NCBI GenBank assembly: GCA_030525665.1 | Contig: JAUNEH010000004.1 | Coordinates: 1 to 51,138, forward strand | Direction of reading: 5' to 3' | DNA: 51,138 nucleotides | Source: Ruminococcus sp. | Lineage (GTDB): Bacteria > Bacillota > Clostridia > Oscillospirales > Acutalibacteraceae | Shown here: positions 45,276 to 51,138 of the stretch, in pieces | How the letters are laid out: every line of letters begins with the position of its first letter | Numbering within the stretch: the first letter of the stretch is position 1 | Notes under the pieces: model-generated | The model's database searches: none | Told to the model about the DNA's origin: nothing | Seen by the model: the letters and a program-made list of their open reading frames with translations, nothing else | Translations under genes and position numbers: made by a program

Positions 45276-47984
45276 ATGGTAAAAAATCTGAAAAGCCACT
45301 ATGGTAAAAACGGAATAAAACAGAAGCTTAGCTATAATATTTTTGTTATAGCCGCCTTTTTACTGCCTGCGTTTATAGTTGCTGTCTGCTTTGTTATTAA
45401 CAAGGTAGAGCCTTTCGGCAGAAATATTGTTATGGTAAGCGATGCGTGGCATCAGTATTATCCTTTTTTAAGAGAGCTTCAATGTATGCTTAAGGAAGGA
45501 CAACTGCCCCTTTATTCGTGGAACGTAGGCGGCGGGACAAACTTTTTAGGTGTGATTGCAAATTATCTGGCAAGTCCTCTTAATTTGCTGACGGTGTTTT
45601 TGCCCGAGGGGCACGTGTGGCTTGAAAGCTACCTTGCCTTTACCATTGTAATCCGAATAGGCTGTGCAGGCGGATTTATGGCGGTTTTTCTCAGAAAAGC
45701 CTTCAGACGCAACGATTTTAGCCTTGTGTATTTTTCGCTTATGTATGCACTTTGCGGCTTTATAATGGGATATTACTGGAACGTTATGTGGCTTGACAGC
45801 GTTGCACTTTTGCCCTTGGTTGCGGCTGGAGTTATAAGTGTATTAAAAGACGGAAAATATAGTCTCTATATAATTTCTCTGGCTTTTTGTATAATCTGTA
45901 ATTTTTACATAGGCTTTGTGGTTTGCATTTTTGTGTTGCTGTTTAGCATTTGTTATACTGCTGTTAATTTCAAAGGTTTTTGTCACAGCATGAAAAACGC
46001 AGGCAAAATGGCAGGCTTTACGCTGATTGCCTTTATGCTAACTGCTTTTATGACTGTACCTGCATATTTTGCTCTTAGCAAGTCGGATTCTATGTCGGAT
46101 GTTTCGGGGTTCCCTCTTGAATACAGCATAACCGGTGCCTACGGATATACAGATGCAAGCTTTGGTAATACTATGTTAGCAATTGTCCGCACGGTTACAA
46201 ATCTGCTTTCATATACACGCCCCATTTCAATGGACAAGGGCGAGCCTAATATTTTTTGCAGTACCTTAGCCGTAGTGCTTTGTGTATTTTATTTTGTGTC
46301 AGATAAAATAAAGCTTAAAGAAAAGATAGTGTCTTTATCGTTTTTGGTGATTTTTATTCTTAGCTTTGTTATTAATCAGCTTAGCTTTATATGGCATGGG
46401 TTTAATGATGTTGCTATGGTGTACTACCGCTTTAGCTTCTTGTTTTCCTTTGTGCTTGTGGCAATGGCTTACCGAGCCTTTTCGTTTATGGATACCTTTG
46501 GCAAAAAGGCGTTTCTTGTGTCATCGGTTATTCTGTCGGTTTATTTGGTTGCGGCAGTGTTTGTTCAAAAAACGATTTCTGTTATTATTACTGCGGCGGT
46601 TATTATCATTATTATGTTTTTGCTTTTCCTTTACAAAAAAGGAAAGCTTAAGCACAGGATATTGTCGGTTTCGCTCTGTCTTCTTGTAATATGCGATATG
46701 AGTGTATCCGCTTTATATTCCACAAGATTTGTCGGTTACTACACCGGCGAGGATTACCCTAATCAGGTGACTTCGGTAAATAAGCTTATATCAATCGCAG
46801 AAAATAACAGCGGCGAATCTGAGCTTTACCGTACAGAATTTGTACGCCCTTACAGCTATAACGACGGAGCTCTTTACTCGGTGTTTGGTATATCCGCCTT
46901 TAATTCAATGTGCAGGGAAGACTATGCCGATTTTTTAAGCGAATTCGGTTTAGAAGCGTCCAAAAAGAATAATATGTATCTTTACGTCGAGTCAACTCCT
47001 GTTACAAATCTTTTTCTCAATATAAAGTATCTTATAGCCAGAGCTGACGGTACTGTGGACCCCGAGGACGTGCCTGTGCACATTTGCGAGGAGGTTATAG
47101 ACAGCAGATACATGAGTCTTGTGTCAGAGAAAGAGGGCAGCAAACTTTACGAAAATAAAGCTTTTCTGCCTGTAGGCTTTATGACAAAGACTTCACTTCT
47201 TGATTATGAGCTTTATGAAAGCTCTCGTTTGCCGCAGGATACGCAGAATGAGTTTTTTAGCCTTGCAACAGGTATCGATAAAGATGTGCTTGTATCTGTA
47301 GAAGCAAGCAAAATAAGCGGTGCGGATTTAAGTGCGATGAAGCATTACGAAAGCTTAGGCAACTATTATACATATCAAAGGACCGCAACCGAAGACGAGG
47401 TGCTTACGGTTCAGTACGTAGCTCCCGAAGACGGCAGTTATTACGGAGTATTCCGCAACTCTTCAAAAGAAAAGTTTGCGATTAATTGCGGTGGCAGAAC
47501 TGTGTGGGATTTGGATAATGATATTCATATCACAGCTCTCGGTACCTGCCGAAAAGGTGATACCGTAAGCGTAAATCTTCCTGTAATCGAAAGCAATAAC
47601 GGCAGGCTGGGATATTATTTATTTTACCTTGACGAAGAGGTTTTTGAAGAAGGGCTTGATAAGCTCAGCCAAAGCACCCTACAGCTTTCAGATAAAACCG
47701 CCTGCGGACTTAAAGGTACCATTAACGCAAAAGAGGACGGACTTTTTTATACCTCGGTGCTTTACGATGAAGGCTGGAAGGCTTATGTAGACGGCAAAGA
47801 GACAGAGATTAAGTCTGTTGCAAAAACCTTCTGTGCTTTTGAGCTTTCAGAGGGAGAACACGAAATCGAGCTCAGGTTTACCCCTGTGGGTGTGTACTCG
47901 GGGTTTTTTGTGACCATTGCAGGCGTTATCCTATTTGCTTTGACAGGAATAATTTCTGTTTTATACCGCAAGAAAAAACGTTGA
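45276..47984 (+). CDS. YfhO family membrane glycosyltransferase (GT-C type)
   Basis: SDAWHQYYPF, NYLASPLN, many TM helices, YRFSF, YD.GWKAYVDGK..GEHEIEL.F.P. Confidence 0.87.
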   Translation: MVKNLKSHYGKNGIKQKLSYNIFVIAAFLLPAFIVAVCFVINKVEPFGRNIVMVSDAWHQYYPFLRELQCMLKEGQLPLYSWNVGGGTNFLGVIANYLASPLNLLTVFLPEGHVWLESYLAFTIVIRIGCAGGFMAVFLRKAFRRNDFSLVYFSLMYALCGFIMGYYWNVMWLDSVALLPLVAAGVISVLKDGKYSLYIISLAFCIICNFYIGFVVCIFVLLFSICYTAVNFKGFCHSMKNAGKMAGFTLIAFMLTAFMTVPAYFALSKSDSMSDVSGFPLEYSITGAYGYTDASFGNTMLAIVRTVTNLLSYTRPISMDKGEPNIFCSTLAVVLCVFYFVSDKIKLKEKIVSLSFLVIFILSFVINQLSFIWHGFNDVAMVYYRFSFLFSFVLVAMAYRAFSFMDTFGKKAFLVSSVILSVYLVAAVFVQKTISVIITAAVIIIIMFLLFLYKKGKLKHRILSVSLCLLVICDMSVSALYSTRFVGYYTGEDYPNQVTSVNKLISIAENNSGESELYRTEFVRPYSYNDGALYSVFGISAFNSMCREDYADFLSEFGLEASKKNNMYLYVESTPVTNLFLNIKYLIARADGTVDPEDVPVHICEEVIDSRYMSLVSEKEGSKLYENKAFLPVGFMTKTSLLDYELYESSRLPQDTQNEFFSLATGIDKDVLVSVEASKISGADLSAMKHYESLGNYYTYQRTATEDEVLTVQYVAPEDGSYYGVFRNSSKEKFAINCGGRTVWDLDNDIHITALGTCRKGDTVSVNLPVIESNNGRLGYYLFYLDEEVFEEGLDKLSQSTLQLSDKTACGLKGTINAKEDGLFYTSVLYDEGWKAYVDGKETEIKSVAKTFCAFELSEGEHEIELRFTPVGVYSGFFVTIAGVILFALTGIISVLYRKKKR

Positions 47985-48039
47985 CAAATTTCGAGTTTTT
48001 GCAAACCAAAAAATAAATTAATAGAAATAATGCACAGTT

Positions 48040-48090
48040 AAAGCCCTGCTATTCTATCAATTATGTTAATTGATTTGAAAGCAGGGCTTT
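48040..48090. terminator. Long imperfect hairpin after yfhO, overlapping the next promoter
   Basis: aaagccctgct..tcaatt-atgtt-aattga..agcagggcttt. TTGATT, 17 bp, TATAAT overlaps its right arm. Confidence 0.55.
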
Positions 48091-48148
48091 GTTATAATTA
48101 TAATGTACGATTATAGGTGTCTTAAGGACACGAAAAGGAGGATTTTTA

Positions 48149-51138
48149 ATGAAAACAAAGAAATTAGCCAAGGCTTTACTTTCCGTAGCTTTGGTTATGG
48201 CAATGCTTTTTTCTATGTGCATTGTAGGTTTTGTTGGTGCAAGTGCTGCAGGCCTTGACCTTAACTACGAATTCGCATACAAAAATGCGGGCTATGCAGA
48301 AGGCCGTTTAAGCCTTTCCGGCACAAGCGGTACATACATCCTTTACTGGGCAGACGATACAGGTGCCCTTGAAGGTTACGGCGGCATTGCTCAGATAACT
48401 GTAAGCTCAGGCAAAAAGTATTTTGAAATGCCCGAAAATACTGCAATTCCTGCCGATGCTACTAAGGTTATTGCTGTTAAAAGCGGTACTGCTGCAACTG
48501 TAGCTAATGCTTCTGCAGTTTTTGACATTCCTGCAGATAAGCAGTTTAAGGCTAAGTCTGCTGACAAGCAGTATACCTTTGAGGCTTTGTCTGACATTCA
48601 TATTCAGCACGACAATTCTTACTGGTATTTAAGCAAAACTCACTTTGCAAATGCTCTTGAGGTAGCTGCAGACAGAGACGTTGACTTTATGACAATTTGT
48701 GGTGATATGGTTAACGGTTATGCTCTTTCTAACCTTAAGACTGAGTATCCTCAGTACCTTGAGCTTATTGCAAAATCCAACTATAACAACCCCATTTACG
48801 AAACCAACGGCAACCACGAAATGAAGGGTGGCAGTGCTGCTGAGAATCTTGACCTTTATAAAAAGTACACAGGTCTTAACACAAACACAGGTGCACTTCA
48901 GTCTGCACCTTACTACGAAAAGACCATTAATGGTGACCACTATATTTTCTTGGTTCTTGAAATTTCAGGTTCTCCCAACGAGTCAAGCGAGTTTACTACT
49001 GCTCAGCTTGATTGGTTTGAGGGCTTACTTAAGAAGTACAAGAACGATGGACATAAGATTATCGTTAACCAGCATGCTCTTATCCGCGGCTACGGTGCAG
49101 GTGATAATAAGGTTACACCTTACTACGGCGGTGCTTTAAGGGATTCATACGCTGATGTTAAGCGTCTTATGTCTATTATGGAAGCATATCCCGAGATTAT
49201 TATGATGAACGGTCACAGCCATATCGACTTTAAGTATGGCTATAACTTCGACAACGAAAACGGCAACACTTGCTATACCGTTCATATTCCTTCTACTTCT
49301 TCTACAACTCATCCTAATTCAGGCGGTACTACCGACTATATTATGGATGCAAACAGCTCTCAGGGTTACCTTGTAGACGTTTATGATGATTACGTAATCT
49401 TAAACGGTACTGACCTTGCATTCAATCTTATTTGTCCCTCTTATACATATTTGGTTGACTATACAGGCGAGGAGCTCGAGAAGAACGAACTCGAAGATAT
49501 CGTTTACGATACAGTTAACGTTACAGTTGACATATCTGCTTTGACAGATGCTCCCACAGAGGTTATCTGTGTTGCTGTTGACGAAACAAATGCTGCAAAT
49601 AATCAGCAGATTCCTATGACAAGAAACTCTGACGGTACATATTCTGCAAAGGTTATCGAAGAGTATTCAAGCGTTTACTTTGTTGTTAAGAGTGCCGTTG
49701 GCCAGCTTAACACAAGTGCATTCCCTGTGGCTAATTGCAAAATTATTCTTGGTTCACAGAAGCTTACGTACGCACCTACAGGTTCCGTTACTACTAACGT
49801 TCATGCCCACATCTGGGGTGCAGGCGGCGATGGTACTGTTTGGCCCGGTGTAGCAATGACAAAGGGCTCTGACGGCAACTACTCCGTAGTTGTACCTGCC
49901 AGCGAATTTTCAGGCGTTGTATTTAACACAGGCTCCGGCGGTGCACAGACTACAGACCTTAGCTTTGCAAGCTATGCTTCTGATTTTGTGGCTGACGTTT
50001 ATATTAATTTAGACGGCGATACCACAGAGCCCATAACACAGCCTACACAGGTTAAACCTACAGAAGACAATACTGTAGTAACCGAGCCTTCAGAAGGTCC
50101 CACAAAGCCTGCTGAGACTGACCCCTCTGAGATAGTTACAAAGCCTACAGAGCCTTCTGTTCCTACAACTCAGCCAACTGACCCTGCAGAAACAACACCC
50201 ACCGAGCCTGCTAAGGATGAGCTTGCTCCTATTGTTATCGTTGAGGAAACAGACGAAGCATACTTCCTTGTTGATGCTTATGCAGCAGACGGTGCTGAGG
50301 ACATAGAGTTTAAGTTTGCAGTAAGCGGCAGAGTTGTGCAGGATTATTCCTCTAACTCCAACTTTATATTTGCAGTTGGCGGCGACGGAATGTATATTCT
50401 TGAAGTATACGCAAAATACGCAGACGGCTCAGAGCATAAGACAGCAGTTATGATTGAGGTTAAGGACGGCGTGGCAATTCTGCCCGAAATGCCCGAAAGA
50501 CCTACTGCTCCTGCAACAAGCGAGTCCACAGAGCCTGATACATCAACTCCCGATGAAACAGTTACAACTACAGTTACAGTTCCCACAACAGAGACAACTG
50601 CTCCTAAGGCAGAATATCTTTATGGTGACGCCGACCTTGACGGAAAAATCAACATCAAGGATGCAACAACTGTACAGAAGTACGCCGCAAAGCTTCTTGA
50701 GCTTGACGAAACCGCTTTTGTTCAGGCAGATGTAAACGGCGACACAAAGGTTAACGTTAAGGATGCAACAGCTATTCAGAAATATGTAGCTAAGCTTATT
50801 ACTGTATTCCCCGTAGAAGAGGGTACTGCCGAGCTTGCTTCTGTCGGTGCATCTTCAACCCTTATGAATGAGGTTAAGGGAGTTCTTTCCAAGGAGTATC
50901 AGTATGCATCCTACGACGCATATATGGCTCTTAAGAAGGCATACATGAATAATGTATCTGACTCTGAACTTACAACTGCTTATAATAACTACAAGACCAT
51001 GAAGTCTAAGAACAGCCTTGCTAACCCCGGCGGTACAGCTAATATTGGTGATATTAACATAGGTCAGACAGGTACAGGTACACCTGCACTTCCCGGTCCT
51101 TCAATCGGCGGCGGTTCTTCAGGCGGTAACACAGGCGG
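48149..51138 (+). CDS. Secreted metallophosphoesterase with a CBM26-like module, Ig-like domain and dockerin (paralogue 2); 3' end outside the window and absent from the ORF track
   Basis: AAGGAGG RBS, ATG 48149, signal peptide MKTKKLAKALLSVALV...ASA. Motifs SDIH, CGD, GNHE (48809), QH, GHSH. CBM26-like HAHIWG..WPGVAM..VVFN..QTTDL (about 49790-49960). Dockerin YGDADLDGKINIKDAT..ADVNGDTKVNVKDAT (50621-50820) in the same frame. Confidence 0.88.
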   Translation, partial: MKTKKLAKALLSVALVMAMLFSMCIVGFVGASAAGLDLNYEFAYKNAGYAEGRLSLSGTSGTYILYWADDTGALEGYGGIAQITVSSGKKYFEMPENTAIPADATKVIAVKSGTAATVANASAVFDIPADKQFKAKSADKQYTFEALSDIHIQHDNSYWYLSKTHFANALEVAADRDVDFMTICGDMVNGYALSNLKTEYPQYLELIAKSNYNNPIYETNGNHEMKGGSAAENLDLYKKYTGLNTNTGALQSAPYYEKTINGDHYIFLVLEISGSPNESSEFTTAQLDWFEGLLKKYKNDGHKIIVNQHALIRGYGAGDNKVTPYYGGALRDSYADVKRLMSIMEAYPEIIMMNGHSHIDFKYGYNFDNENGNTCYTVHIPSTSSTTHPNSGGTTDYIMDANSSQGYLVDVYDDYVILNGTDLAFNLICPSYTYLVDYTGEELEKNELEDIVYDTVNVTVDISALTDAPTEVICVAVDETNAANNQQIPMTRNSDGTYSAKVIEEYSSVYFVVKSAVGQLNTSAFPVANCKIILGSQKLTYAPTGSVTTNVHAHIWGAGGDGTVWPGVAMTKGSDGNYSVVVPASEFSGVVFNTGSGGAQTTDLSFASYASDFVADVYINLDGDTTEPITQPTQVKPTEDNTVVTEPSEGPTKPAETDPSEIVTKPTEPSVPTTQPTDPAETTPTEPAKDELAPIVIVEETDEAYFLVDAYAADGAEDIEFKFAVSGRVVQDYSSNSNFIFAVGGDGMYILEVYAKYADGSEHKTAVMIEVKDGVAILPEMPERPTAPATSESTEPDTSTPDETVTTTVTVPTTETTAPKAEYLYGDADLDGKINIKDATTVQKYAAKLLELDETAFVQADVNGDTKVNVKDATAIQKYVAKLITVFPVEEGTAELASVGASSTLMNEVKGVLSKEYQYASYDAYMALKKAYMNNVSDSELTTAYNNYKTMKSKNSLANPGGTANIGDINIGQTGTGTPALPGPSIGGGSSGGNTG

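Noticed and set aside
48261-50735. Short ORFs listed in the track within 48261-50735
   Set aside because: They are shadow ORFs on other frames or the opposite strand of the long CDS starting at 48149.

Overview
This 51 kb window is chromosomal DNA from an anaerobic Firmicute. The dockerin- and CBM26-bearing secreted proteins suggest a starch-degrading Ruminococcaceae/Acutalibacteraceae member of the Ruminococcus bromii type (inference). Housekeeping content: a NuoE/NuoF/GltD-type (Bfu/Stn-like) flavin Fe-S complex, tRNA-Val(GAC), lexA, tetR-mntP, an 8-gene shikimate/aromatic amino acid operon, asnB, ribF, nrdD-trxB, a SNF2 helicase, a ydjIGH-like SPFH/Zn-ribbon/TPM operon, plsX, galE, metG, tatD and yfhO. 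Secreted starch-related proteins: a partial CBM26-repeat protein, a 1467-aa GH13 amylase, and two paralogous metallophosphoesterase-dockerin-CBM26 proteins; the second paralogue is missing from the ORF track because it runs off the window end. Best leads: (1) dockerin-borne, starch-targeted phosphoesterases, a possible starch-dephosphorylating arm of an amylosome; (2) a structured leader RNA with a terminator/antiterminator switch upstream of an apparently foreign acyl-CoA ligase; (3) a mirror-image array of short hairpins with a 20-23 bp period; (4) a class III RNR with a fused redoxin next to an atypical thioredoxin reductase; (5) two inactivating lesions in the aro operon (an in-frame TAA in aroE and a 1-bp deletion in aroA). 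No CRISPR array, rRNA gene, transposase or prophage was seen. All calls come from reading motifs by eye; no database searches were run.
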